From positions 224,001 to 288,000 of the forward strand of contig CAVVCZ010000001.1 of NCBI GenBank assembly GCA_963746845.1: 64,000 nt of DNA, given 5' to 3'. Made by a program: the position numbers and the translations under genes. Below the pieces are notes generated by a model, which had not been told where the DNA came from, searched no databases, and worked only from the letters and a program-made list of their open reading frames with translations. Origin of the DNA: an uncultured Chloroflexia bacterium (GTDB lineage: Bacteria > Chloroflexota > Limnocylindria > Limnocylindrales > CSP1-4). Position 1 is the stretch's first letter. Each line of letters begins with the position of its first letter. Shown here piece after piece: positions 10,405 through 21,520 of the stretch.

Positions 10405-11136
10405 TCAGCCGCAGACGACCGGGTGCGGGGTCGGGTTCGCCGCTGCGTGGTCGGCCGGGAGGACGAGGAGCGGCGTGGCGACGAGCTGGGTCTTGCCGGG
10501 CGTGCCCTTCGGCCCCTCGGACGTCTGGAGCCAGAGCTGCTCCGTCTTCGCGGCGAGCGGCGCGTCGAGGGTCAGCTGGTGGAGCAGCACCTTGGTGATC
10601 TGGTACTCGAACATCAGGTTGTCGTTCGTGAAGACCTGGACGATCATCCCGACCATCGACTTCGGGCCGCCGTGCTCCTTCTGGATCGCGCGGTCGTAGA
10701 TCGGCCCGAACATCCCGTCCCGGGCGTGGGCGTAGATGTACGTCGCCTTCGGCGAGCCGGGCTGGCCGACGCGCGTGTCGACCAGGTACATCGCGACGTT
10801 GCACGCCGGATAGGTGCTGGAGCCGCCGCGCGGCTTGATGATCGGCAGGTCGATCCCGAGGGCCTCGATCACGATCCGGGTGGCGACCCGGTTCGGGTTC
10901 GGCTGCAGCGACGGCGCCGCGTTGATCGACGGTGAGGCGCCCGGTGGGGGGAGCGTCGGCAGCCCGGCGATGATCGAACCGCCGCCACTGGCCGTGGCGC
11001 CCGCAGACGCGCCGGGATCGGCGGCCGACGCGCTGCCCGAGTAGCTCATCAGGCCCACCGCGAGGAGCGAGACGCCGGCGACCGTGAGGACGACCGGGAG
11101 GACTCGAGCGCGGACGGAGTGGCCGAGGGTGCTCAC
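10405..11136 (-). CDS. Sortase-fold exported protein with atypical active site
   Basis: N-terminal anchor, S/P linker, RIVIEALGIDLPI, YIYAH, LWLQTSEG at the sortase LxLxTC position. Confidence 0.65.
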   Translation of the reverse strand: MSTLGHSVRARVLPVVLTVAGVSLLAVGLMSYSGSASAADPGASAGATASGGGSIIAGLPTLPPPGASPSINAAPSLQPNPNRVATRIVIEALGIDLPIIKPRGGSSTYPACNVAMYLVDTRVGQPGSPKATYIYAHARDGMFGPIYDRAIQKEHGGPKSMVGMIVQVFTNDNLMFEYQITKVLLHQLTLDAPLAAKTEQLWLQTSEGPKGTPGKTQLVATPLLVLPADHAAANPTPHPVVCG

Positions 11137-11206
11137 GGGAGCGGCATCCTATCAGCGAGCGGCCCGGGTCGCCTGCGACTCGTCGGTACTGGTACCCTCC
11201 CGGCGC

Positions 11207-11617
11207 ATGAGATCCGTCCTGGCGATCCTCGCCGGCCTGCTCGCCGGCGTGCTCGTCGCGGCCGGCGTCCTCGCGGCGTTCGTCTTCGTCGGTCCGGATC
11301 CCGTGGGACTCCGTCCCACACCCACGCCGTCCGCCTCGACGCCACCCGTGGTCGCCGCCAGCGCGAGCCCGTCTCCCTCGAGCGCGTCGCCCTCGATCGC
11401 CCCGTCCGGTTCGCCGTCCGCCTCGACGCCACCTGTGGTTGCCGCCAGCGCGAGCGCGTCGCCCAGGAGCGCGTCGCCCTCGAGCGCGTCGCCCTCGATC
11501 GGCCCGTCCGGTTCGCCGGCCGGATCCGCGTCGTCCTCGGCCGGCGCATCGTCCTCGGCCGGCGCATCGGCCTCGGCTGGCTCTCCCGGTCCGTCGGGCA
11601 GCCCGGCGTCACCGTGA
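11207..11617 (+). CDS. Membrane-anchored Ser/Pro/Ala-rich protein
   Basis: Hydrophobic N-terminus then low-complexity PSASTPPVVAASAS repeats; TACCCT 8 nt before ATG. Confidence 0.65.
   Translation: MRSVLAILAGLLAGVLVAAGVLAAFVFVGPDPVGLRPTPTPSASTPPVVAASASPSPSSASPSIAPSGSPSASTPPVVAASASASPRSASPSSASPSIGPSGSPAGSASSSAGASSSAGASASAGSPGPSGSPASP
11327..11515 (+). repeat. Intragenic tandem duplication (~87-bp unit, second copy expanded)
   Basis: CCGTCCGCCTCGACGCCACC...CCCGTCCGGTTCG at 11327-11413 and 11414-11515. Confidence 0.85.
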
Positions 11618-11649
11618 CGCCGTAGGGCTCGCGCCGGAGCGGCGGACGC

Positions 11650-12060
11650 TCAGCGCACCTGGTTGACGCGGATCAGGTTGCCTGCCGGATCGCGGATCGC
11701 GAAGTCGCGGATGCCGTACGGCTGCTCGATCGGCTCCTGGACGATCTCCGCGCCGCCGGCCTGCAGGCGTTCGAACACGCCGTCGAGGTCGCTCGTGGAC
11801 AGCACCAGGATCGCGTACGTGCCCTTGGCCATCATCTCGCCGATGGTGCGGCGCTCGTCCTCGGTGATGCCGGGGGCGGCGAACGGCGGATACAGGACGA
11901 TGTTCGTGTCGGGCTGGGAGGGGGGTCCCACCGTGATCCAGCGCATTCCGGCGTAGCCGACGTCCAGACGGACCTCGAAGCCGAGGACGTCGCGATAGAA
12001 CGCCACCGACGCCTCCGGGTCGTCGTGCGGGAGGAAGCTCGAGTGGATCCGGATGTCCAT
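11650..12060 (-). CDS. VOC/glyoxalase-family protein
   Basis: FYRDVLGFEV, EPIEQPYGIRDFAIRDPAGN. Confidence 0.9.
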   Translation of the reverse strand: MDIRIHSSFLPHDDPEASVAFYRDVLGFEVRLDVGYAGMRWITVGPPSQPDTNIVLYPPFAAPGITEDERRTIGEMMAKGTYAILVLSTSDLDGVFERLQAGGAEIVQEPIEQPYGIRDFAIRDPAGNLIRVNQVR

Positions 12061-12070
12061 CGCGCTCGCG

Positions 12071-12514
12071 CTAGCCGCGGCTCAAGGCCGGCGCTTCGCG
12101 CTTCCGGATCGGCCGGGTGACCTGTTTCGCCACGCACGACGGGATGCCGGCGGCGGCATCTGCCTCGTGCTGCCGGTAGACGCTGGGCGAGACGCCGACG
12201 AGCTCGGTGAAGCGGGTGCTGAACGTGCCCAGCGACGAGCAGCCGACCGCGAAGCAGACCTCGGTGACACTGAGATCGCCCCGCCGCAGCAGCGCCATCG
12301 CGCGCTCGATCCGGCGCGTCATCAGGTAGCTGTACGGCGACTCGCCGTAGGCGAGCTTGAACTCGCGGCTGAAATGGCCCGCCGACATGTGCACGCCCCG
12401 CGCGAGGGCCTCGACGTCCAGCGGCTGGTCGTACTCCCGGTCCATCCGGTCACGAACGCGACGCAGCCACGCGAGGTCGCGCAGGTGTTGCTCGGGAGGC
12501 GTCGCGCTCGTCAC
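12071..12514 (-). CDS. AraC-family regulator (HTH only)
   Basis: MSAGHFSREFK...RRIERAMALL...VTEVCFAVGCSSLGTFSTRF; GTG 12514. Confidence 0.9.
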   Translation of the reverse strand: MTSATPPEQHLRDLAWLRRVRDRMDREYDQPLDVEALARGVHMSAGHFSREFKLAYGESPYSYLMTRRIERAMALLRRGDLSVTEVCFAVGCSSLGTFSTRFTELVGVSPSVYRQHEADAAAGIPSCVAKQVTRPIRKREAPALSRG

Positions 12515-12568
12515 GTCGGAAATCCTGCCATAGCCGACCACCCAGAGGAAACACACGCCACGGCCCGG

Positions 12569-14940
<2,372 letters not shown>

Positions 14941-14944
<4 letters not shown>

Positions 14945-15297
14945 CGGTCCTGGAGGAGCCCCAGGACGTTGCCGTCGGGGTCGGTGACGGTGGCGACCAG
15001 TCGTCCGCCACCGACATCGCGCACGGGCTCCTTCACGGCCGCACCCGCGGCCGTCACCTCGGCCAGCTTCGCCTCGATGTCCGGCACGTGCCAGTAGGCC
15101 ACGGGCACGGTCATGCCCTGCGGGCCGCCGCCCGGCACGAGCCCGATGTGCTGGCCCTCGGCCTCGAAGCCGACGTAGTAGGGCTCGTCGGTCTGCGGCT
15201 CCGTGCCGAGCAGGGCGGAATACGTCGCCTTGGCCGCCGCCAGGTCGGAGATGGGGAGCAGCACGGTCTTGATCCCCTGGGTCGTGGAGCCGATCAT
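14941..15297 (-). CDS. VOC/glyoxalase-family protein
   Basis: GIKTVLLP..., DVGGGRLVATVTDPDGNVLGL; SD AGGAG before ATG 15297. Confidence 0.85.
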
Positions 15298-15354
15298 GGT
15301 CTCTCCTGAGGTCGCGGGTTTCGTCTGCCCGACTCTAGGCACCGGTGGGCGACG

Positions 15355-15386
15355 GGCGCTTCTCGATTCCTGACCGGTCCGGTCAC
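15355..15386 (-). promoter_or_regulatory. Putative AraC activator site upstream of VOC-uvrA2 (second copy at 12090-12121)
   Basis: GTGACCGGACCGGTCAGGAATCGAGAAGCGCC, 25/32 identical to the araC 3' end; 17 nt upstream of TAGAGT -10. Confidence 0.5.
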
Positions 15387-15412
15387 GTGCGTGTCAACCG
15401 GCGACGTCCGTG

Positions 15413-16891
15413 TCAGCCGGCGATCGCCTTCGTCGCCTGGTCGATGATCCCGAGGATCAGCTGCGGCACGAGACCGAGGGCGATCGTCAGCGCGGTCGCG
15501 ACCGCCAGGCCGCCCCACAGCAGCCGGCCGTGCCGGAGGGCCGGCGCGTCGCTGACCGGGTCGCGCATCCACATGTAGACGACGACACGGAGGTAGTAGA
15601 ACGCGGCGGCCGCGGCGTTCACGACGAGCAGCACCGCGAGGAACGCGACCCAGCCACCGGCCTGCACCGCGGGGATGATGATCAGCACCTTGCCGAAGAA
15701 CCCGGCGGTCGGCGGGATGCCGAGCAGTGACAGCAGGAACAGGGTCATCAGAATCGCGAGCGTCGGCTCGCGCCGGATGAGCCCGGCGAACGTGGTGAGC
15801 GACGACGTCACGCCCGCCCGCTTCTGGAGGGCGGCGATGACCGCGAAGGCCCCGAGGTTCATGAACGAGTACGCCGCGGCGTAGAACAGCAGCCCGGACA
15901 GCCCGTCCGCCTGGCCGCCGGCGTACGCCGCCAGCCCCACCAGCATGTACCCCGTGTGCGCGATCGAGCTGTACGCCAGCATCCGCTTCACGTTGTCCTG
16001 CGTGAGCGCGACGAGGTTGCCGAGCGTCATCGTCGCGGCCGCCAGGACCACGACGACCGGCAGCCAGTCGGCCTTCATCGACCCGAGCGCCTCGACGAAC
16101 AGCCGCAGGATCAGCGCGAACGCGCCGACCTTCGGGCCGACCGACAGGTAGCCGGTGACGGGCGTCGGCGATCCCTGGTACGCGTCCGGCGTCCAGTAGT
16201 GGAACGGGACCGCGGCGATCTTGAACGCGACACCCGTGGTCAGGAACGCGAAGCCCATCGCGAGGCCCGGGCTGAACGGCATGGCCCCGCTCGCGACCTT
16301 CGTCAGCGTGTCGGCGACGGCGTCGATGCGGGTGGAGCCGGTCAGGCCCCACACGAACGCCAGGCCGAACAGGAAGATCGCCGAGCTGAACGACCCGAGG
16401 AGGAAGTACTTGATCGCGCCCTCGGTCGAGTACGAGTCGGTCTTGTGGTAGCCCGCGAGGAGATAGCCCGGCAGGACCATGAGCTCGAGTCCGAGGAACA
16501 GCAGCAGCAGGTCCGCGGATGCCGAGATGAGCATCGCCCCGGTCATCGCGAACACGAGGACGGTCGCGAACTCACCGACGGGCAGCCCGCGTGGCGCCAG
16601 GTAGTCCGGGGCGAAGACGATCGTCATCGCGATGATCGAGATGAACAGCAGGTCCAGGAACGTCGTCAGGGCGTCGAGCCGGTAGGCGCCGCCGAACCCG
16701 AGCATCGGCTGGGTCAGCGTCTGGCTGCCGACGGCGACCGTGATCGCGGCCGTGATCGCGAGGCCGAGCAGCGCGACGCCGATGACCGCGTACGTCCGCC
16801 CGGGCAGGATCAGGTCGACGAGCAGGATCGCCAGCGCGGTCGCGATCGCGGCCACGAGCGGGGCGATGACGGCTCCCTCGGTCAGGATCAC
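15413..16891 (-). CDS. nuoN: NADH-quinone oxidoreductase subunit N
   Basis: EGAIKYFLLGS, FKIAAVPFHYWTPDAYQG, KRMLAYSSIAH. Confidence 0.95.
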   Translation of the reverse strand: MILTEGAVIAPLVAAIATALAILLVDLILPGRTYAVIGVALLGLAITAAITVAVGSQTLTQPMLGFGGAYRLDALTTFLDLLFISIIAMTIVFAPDYLAPRGLPVGEFATVLVFAMTGAMLISASADLLLLFLGLELMVLPGYLLAGYHKTDSYSTEGAIKYFLLGSFSSAIFLFGLAFVWGLTGSTRIDAVADTLTKVASGAMPFSPGLAMGFAFLTTGVAFKIAAVPFHYWTPDAYQGSPTPVTGYLSVGPKVGAFALILRLFVEALGSMKADWLPVVVVLAAATMTLGNLVALTQDNVKRMLAYSSIAHTGYMLVGLAAYAGGQADGLSGLLFYAAAYSFMNLGAFAVIAALQKRAGVTSSLTTFAGLIRREPTLAILMTLFLLSLLGIPPTAGFFGKVLIIIPAVQAGGWVAFLAVLLVVNAAAAAFYYLRVVVYMWMRDPVSDAPALRHGRLLWGGLAVATALTIALGLVPQLILGIIDQATKAIAG

Positions 16892-18561
16892 GAGGCCGCC
16901 TCCACCGACGCGCCGCCGTGGCCCGGCTCCGCGACCACCTCGGAGCCCGTGCCCGGGCCGCCACCGGACAGGTCGACCCGGGCGACCCAGATCGTCCGGG
17001 CGACGACGTACAGGATCGGCAGGGCGATCGCGATGAGCGCCGTCTGCGGGGCGATCGCGATCGGGCCCTCGCGGCTCACGTCGGCCAGCGTGTTCGTCAC
17101 CGCGCCGCGGACGACGTCGAGGACGAGGCCCGGGAACAGCCCGAAGACCACGGTCAGGGCGGCCAGCGGCGCGAGCGTCAGGATCTCGGTCGGGGTCATG
17201 TCGGTCAGGTGGTGCCCGAGGCCCTTCAGGAACTCGGACAGCTCGCCGAAGACCAGCCGCTGGTACATCCAGAGCAGGTAGGCACCCGCGAGGATCATGC
17301 AGACGGTCGCGATCGCGGCGACCCACGGCGAGTACTGGAACGCCCCGACGAGGACGAGGAACTCCCCGACGAAGCCGGCCAGCCCGGGCAGCCCGCCCGA
17401 GGCGAAGACGAAGAACCCGAGCGCCACGGCGTAGACCGGCACGACGCCGGCGAGCCCGCCCATCTTCGCGATCGTCCGGTCATGGGTCCGCTCGTAGATC
17501 ACGCCGACGAGCAGGAACAGGGCGCCCGTGATCAACCCGTGGTTGACCATCTGGAGGATCGCGCCGTCCATCCCCTGGACGTTGAACACGAAGATCCCGA
17601 GCGTCACGAAGCCCATGTGCGACACGGAGCTGTACGCGACGAGCTTCTTCAGGTCCGGCTGGACGAGCGCCACGACCGCGCCGTAGATGATCGCGATCAG
17701 GCTCAGGACGATGATCGCCGGGGCGAACGTGTGGGCCGCGCCCGGGAACAGCGGCAGGGCGAACCGGATCATCCCGTACGCCCCGAGCTTCAGCATCACC
17801 GCGGCCAGGATCACCGAGCCCGCCGTCGGGGCCTGGACGTGGGCATCCGGCAGCCACGTGTGGAACGGCCACATCGGGACCTTGATCGCGAACGCGAGGA
17901 AGAAGGCGAGGAACGCGAAGAGCTGGAGGGTCGGGTCGAACGAGAACGTCCGGAGGTTCTCGAAGTTGAACGCGCCGGCCCACGAGCCGCCGTTGGCCGC
18001 CTGATAGGCATAGGCGGTCGCGAGGATCGCGACCAGCATCAGGAGCGAGCCGACGAGCGTGTACAGGACGAACTTGATCGTCGCGTAGATCCGGTTCACG
18101 CCGCCCCAGATCCCGATGATCAGGTACATCGGGACGAGGACGATCTCCCAGAAGATGTAGAAGAGGAACGTGTCGAGGGCGACGAACACCCCGATCATCC
18201 CGACCTCGAGGATCAGGAACGAGATCATGTATTCCTTGATCCGCGTCTGGATCGGCGCGAACGAGGCGAGGATGCTGATCCACGACAGGGTCGTCGTCAG
18301 GACCACGAGCACGAGCGACAGCCCGTCCACGCCCATGTGGTAGTCGATCCCGAACACCGGGATCCACGGCACGAGCTCCTCGTACTGGAATGGCCGCGGC
18401 GAGTCCGGCGAGAAGCCGACCAGGAGCAGGAGCGAGACCAGCCAGGCGATCAGGCTGGCGGCGAGCGCCAGCGGCCGCGCGTACCGCCCGGGGGCGATCG
18501 CGACGACGAGCGCGCCGATGAGCGGCGTGAAGGTCACGATCGTCAGGATCGGGAGGTCCAT
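16888..18561 (-). CDS. nuoM: NADH-quinone oxidoreductase subunit M
   Basis: FYIFWE, IKVPMWPFHTWLPDAH, KKLVAYSSVSHMG. Confidence 0.95.
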   Translation of the reverse strand: MDLPILTIVTFTPLIGALVVAIAPGRYARPLALAASLIAWLVSLLLLVGFSPDSPRPFQYEELVPWIPVFGIDYHMGVDGLSLVLVVLTTTLSWISILASFAPIQTRIKEYMISFLILEVGMIGVFVALDTFLFYIFWEIVLVPMYLIIGIWGGVNRIYATIKFVLYTLVGSLLMLVAILATAYAYQAANGGSWAGAFNFENLRTFSFDPTLQLFAFLAFFLAFAIKVPMWPFHTWLPDAHVQAPTAGSVILAAVMLKLGAYGMIRFALPLFPGAAHTFAPAIIVLSLIAIIYGAVVALVQPDLKKLVAYSSVSHMGFVTLGIFVFNVQGMDGAILQMVNHGLITGALFLLVGVIYERTHDRTIAKMGGLAGVVPVYAVALGFFVFASGGLPGLAGFVGEFLVLVGAFQYSPWVAAIATVCMILAGAYLLWMYQRLVFGELSEFLKGLGHHLTDMTPTEILTLAPLAALTVVFGLFPGLVLDVVRGAVTNTLADVSREGPIAIAPQTALIAIALPILYVVARTIWVARVDLSGGGPGTGSEVVAEPGHGGASVEAAS

Positions 18562-18571
18562 CGCCGCCGCC

Positions 18572-20566
18572 CTACCTGGCCGCCAGCACGAGGAACGACC
18601 CGGCCATCACGATCAGGCCGACGGCGATCCCGAGGGCGTAGTTCTGGACGCGTCCGGTCTGGACGCGGCGGAGGCCCTTGCCGGCGTCGACGGTCGTCGT
18701 CGCCACGTCGTTGACCGTGTCGTCGATCACCCGCCGATCGAACCACCAGAAGAAGGCCGCGACCTTTCCGCCGATGACCATGAACAGCAGGTGGTTGAGG
18801 TCGTCGAACCACCACTTGTTCAGCGACGCGCGGTAGAGGAACGGGACGCGGGCGGTCAGGGCCCGGACGCGCTCGGGGTTCGGGCGCCAGCGCAGGCCGC
18901 TGATCTCCACCCCGAACAGCCGCCAGGCGAGGATCATGCCGACGACCGCGATCCCGACGCCGGACACGAGCGCGAACCCGTCGATGCCGAAGATCACGAA
19001 GGTCTGCTCGGTGTGGCCGAGGAGCTCCTCGCCCTGGGCGAAGACAGGCTCGAGCCATGTCGCGAGGAGGCCTTTGGTGTCGGGCGGGAAGCCGAGCAGC
19101 GGCCCGAGCGGCGGACCCGGGAACGAGAGGATCATCCCGAGGAAGATCGACGGGATCGCCAGCAGCCAGAGCGGCACGGTCATGACCGGCGGCGACTCGT
19201 GGATGTGCGGCTCGACCGCCGGATCGACGTGGCTGGGGCCCCAGAACGTCATCCCGATGAGCCGGAACATATAGAAGGCCGTCATCAGCGCGACGACGAT
19301 CCCGATGAACCAGACCCACTGGAAGCCGAGCTTGAACGTCTCGTCGAGGATCTCGTCCTTGCTGAAGAAGCCGGCGAGCGGCGGGATGCCCGCGATCGCG
19401 ATCGCGCCGATCAGCATCGTCCGGTAGGTCTGCGGGATCTTCGTCCGCAGCCCGCCCATCCGGCGCATGTCCTGCTCCTCGTGCACGGAGTGGATGACCG
19501 AGCCCGAGCCGAGGAACAGCAGGCCCTTGAAGAAGCCGTGCGTCATCAGGTGGAAGATCGCCGCGGTGAACGCGCCGACGCCGAGGGCCGCGAACATGTA
19601 GCCCAGCTGGCTGAGTGTCGAATACGCGAGGACGCGCTTGATGTCCGTCTGGGTCATCGCGATCGTCGCAGCGAGGAGCGCGGTGAAGATGCCGATCCCC
19701 GCGACGATGACCATCGCGTCGGGGGCGCTCGCGAAGATCGGGTTCGTCCGGGCGACGAGGTAGACGCCGGCGTTGACCATCGTCGCGGCATGGATCAGCG
19801 CCGACACCGGGGTCGGGCCCTCCATCGCGTCCGGCAGCCAGACGTGGAGCGGGAACTGGGCGCTCTTGCCGACGGCGCCGGCGAACACGAGGAGGGCGAC
19901 GATCCAGATCGGGATCGCGAGGCTCGCCCCTTCGGCCGTGAGGCCTGCGATCGAGTCGCGGATGTTCAGGGTCCCGGTGTTCACGAAGATTGCCATGATC
20001 CCGAGCGCGAACCCGACGTCGCCGACGCGGTTGACGAGGAACGCCTTCTTCGCCGCGAGCGCGGCGCTCTGCTTCTGCTTCCAGAACCCGATCAGCAGGT
20101 AGCTCGAGAGGCCGACCAGCTCCCACGCGACGAAGACGACGAGGAAGTTGTCCGCGAGGACCAGCAGGAGCATCGAGACCATGAACAGGTTCAGGTAGGC
20201 GAAGAACCGCCAGTAGCCGGGGTCATGGCTCATGTAGCCGATCGAGTAGATGTGGACGAGCAGGCCGATCGTCAGGACGACGATCAGGAGGCAGGCCGTC
20301 AGGTTGTCGACGAAGAGCCCGGCCGTGACCTGGAAGCTCGCCGATGCGATCCATGTGTAGAGCGTCACGCCGTAGCCGTGCTCGCCGAACGGCTCGTTGC
20401 CGGACAGGGCGTTGAAGACGACGAACATCCCGATCGCCCACGCGATCCCCACCGCGCCGACCGGGACGAGATGGGCCCGCTTGCCGAGCCGTCGCCCGGC
20501 GACCGCGGTGAACAGGAAGCCGAGCAGTGGCAGGGCGATGATCGCCGGGATCAGGACGTCGAACAT
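18572..20566 (-). CDS. nuoL: NADH-quinone oxidoreductase subunit L
   Basis: NRVGD, GKSAQFPLHVWLPDAMEGPTPVSALIHAATMV, QTGRVQNY. Confidence 0.97.
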   Translation of the reverse strand: MFDVLIPAIIALPLLGFLFTAVAGRRLGKRAHLVPVGAVGIAWAIGMFVVFNALSGNEPFGEHGYGVTLYTWIASASFQVTAGLFVDNLTACLLIVVLTIGLLVHIYSIGYMSHDPGYWRFFAYLNLFMVSMLLLVLADNFLVVFVAWELVGLSSYLLIGFWKQKQSAALAAKKAFLVNRVGDVGFALGIMAIFVNTGTLNIRDSIAGLTAEGASLAIPIWIVALLVFAGAVGKSAQFPLHVWLPDAMEGPTPVSALIHAATMVNAGVYLVARTNPIFASAPDAMVIVAGIGIFTALLAATIAMTQTDIKRVLAYSTLSQLGYMFAALGVGAFTAAIFHLMTHGFFKGLLFLGSGSVIHSVHEEQDMRRMGGLRTKIPQTYRTMLIGAIAIAGIPPLAGFFSKDEILDETFKLGFQWVWFIGIVVALMTAFYMFRLIGMTFWGPSHVDPAVEPHIHESPPVMTVPLWLLAIPSIFLGMILSFPGPPLGPLLGFPPDTKGLLATWLEPVFAQGEELLGHTEQTFVIFGIDGFALVSGVGIAVVGMILAWRLFGVEISGLRWRPNPERVRALTARVPFLYRASLNKWWFDDLNHLLFMVIGGKVAAFFWWFDRRVIDDTVNDVATTTVDAGKGLRRVQTGRVQNYALGIAVGLIVMAGSFLVLAAR

Positions 20567-20576
20567 CAGGTCGCCA

Positions 20577-20966
20577 TCACTGGCGCATCGCGTCGTACTC
20601 GTCGACGAGCGGAGTCTTCTTGTTCCGATAGATCGCGATGACGATCGCGAGGCCGACCGTCGCCTCCCCGGCGGCGACGGCCATGACGAGGAGCGCGATC
20701 ACCGACGCACCGGCGCCGAGCGCCGGGATGAACGCGCCGAACGCCACGATCGACAGGTTGACCGCGTTCAGCATCAGCTCGATCGACATCAGCATGCTGA
20801 TCGCGTTGCGCCGGGCCAGGAAGCCGAACATCCCGATCGCGAACAGCAGGCCGGCGAGGATCAGGTAGGCGTCGAGCGAGCGCGAGCCACCGGCGGCCAG
20901 GCCGATCGTCCCCAGCCCGCCGATCAGGACCACCGCCAGGACCGTCCCGATGATGACCTTGATCAT
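20577..20966 (-). CDS. nuoK: NADH-quinone oxidoreductase subunit K (extra N-terminal hydrophobic segment)
   Basis: [30 protein letters not shown]. Confidence 0.92.
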   Translation of the reverse strand: MIKVIIGTVLAVVLIGGLGTIGLAAGGSRSLDAYLILAGLLFAIGMFGFLARRNAISMLMSIELMLNAVNLSIVAFGAFIPALGAGASVIALLVMAVAAGEATVGLAIVIAIYRNKKTPLVDEYDAMRQ

Positions 20967-21511
20967 TCGGAGTCGTCCGAGGACGCGGTCCGGTCGCGCT
21001 TCGCGAGGAAGATCCCGCCGATCACCGCCGCGAGCAGGAGCACGCCGACGATCTCGAACGGGAGCACCCAGTCGGAGAACAGCTGCCGGGCGAGATCCGG
21101 CGTCTGGGTCGTGCCCGGCCGGGCCGAGCCGCCCCAGTCGGTCGCGGCCACGGTGAGCACGAGGATGACGACGAGGATCACCGCGGCGACGGCCGCCGGC
21201 ACCGCCTGCGTCTGGAAGACGAGCCGGTTCGGGGCGGACTTCGTCTGGGTGAGCATGATCGCGAACAGGACGAGGACGCTGATCGCGCCGATGTAGACGA
21301 GGACCTGGGCGGCGGCGACGAGCGGGGCGCCGAGCATGACGTAGATCCCGGCGAGGGCCGCGAAGCAGACCATCATCGCGAGGCCGCATCGGATGATGTC
21401 GCGCAGGGTCACGACGAGCAGCCCCGACAGGAGCATCGTCCCCGCGAGGAGCACGAACAGGACGTCGTCCCAGGGGATGCCGAGGATCGGGATCGTGTCG
21501 GGGATCGCCAC
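20963..21511 (-). CDS. nuoJ: NADH-quinone oxidoreductase subunit J
   Basis: [39 protein letters not shown]. Confidence 0.92.
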   Translation of the reverse strand: MAIPDTIPILGIPWDDVLFVLLAGTMLLSGLLVVTLRDIIRCGLAMMVCFAALAGIYVMLGAPLVAAAQVLVYIGAISVLVLFAIMLTQTKSAPNRLVFQTQAVPAAVAAVILVVILVLTVAATDWGGSARPGTTQTPDLARQLFSDWVLPFEIVGVLLLAAVIGGIFLAKRDRTASSDDSE

Positions 21512-21520
21512 GGGCGGTCC

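Noticed and set aside
15413-20566. Two-NuoM complex I variant known from some Chloroflexota
   Set aside because: Only one nuoM is present between nuoL and nuoN
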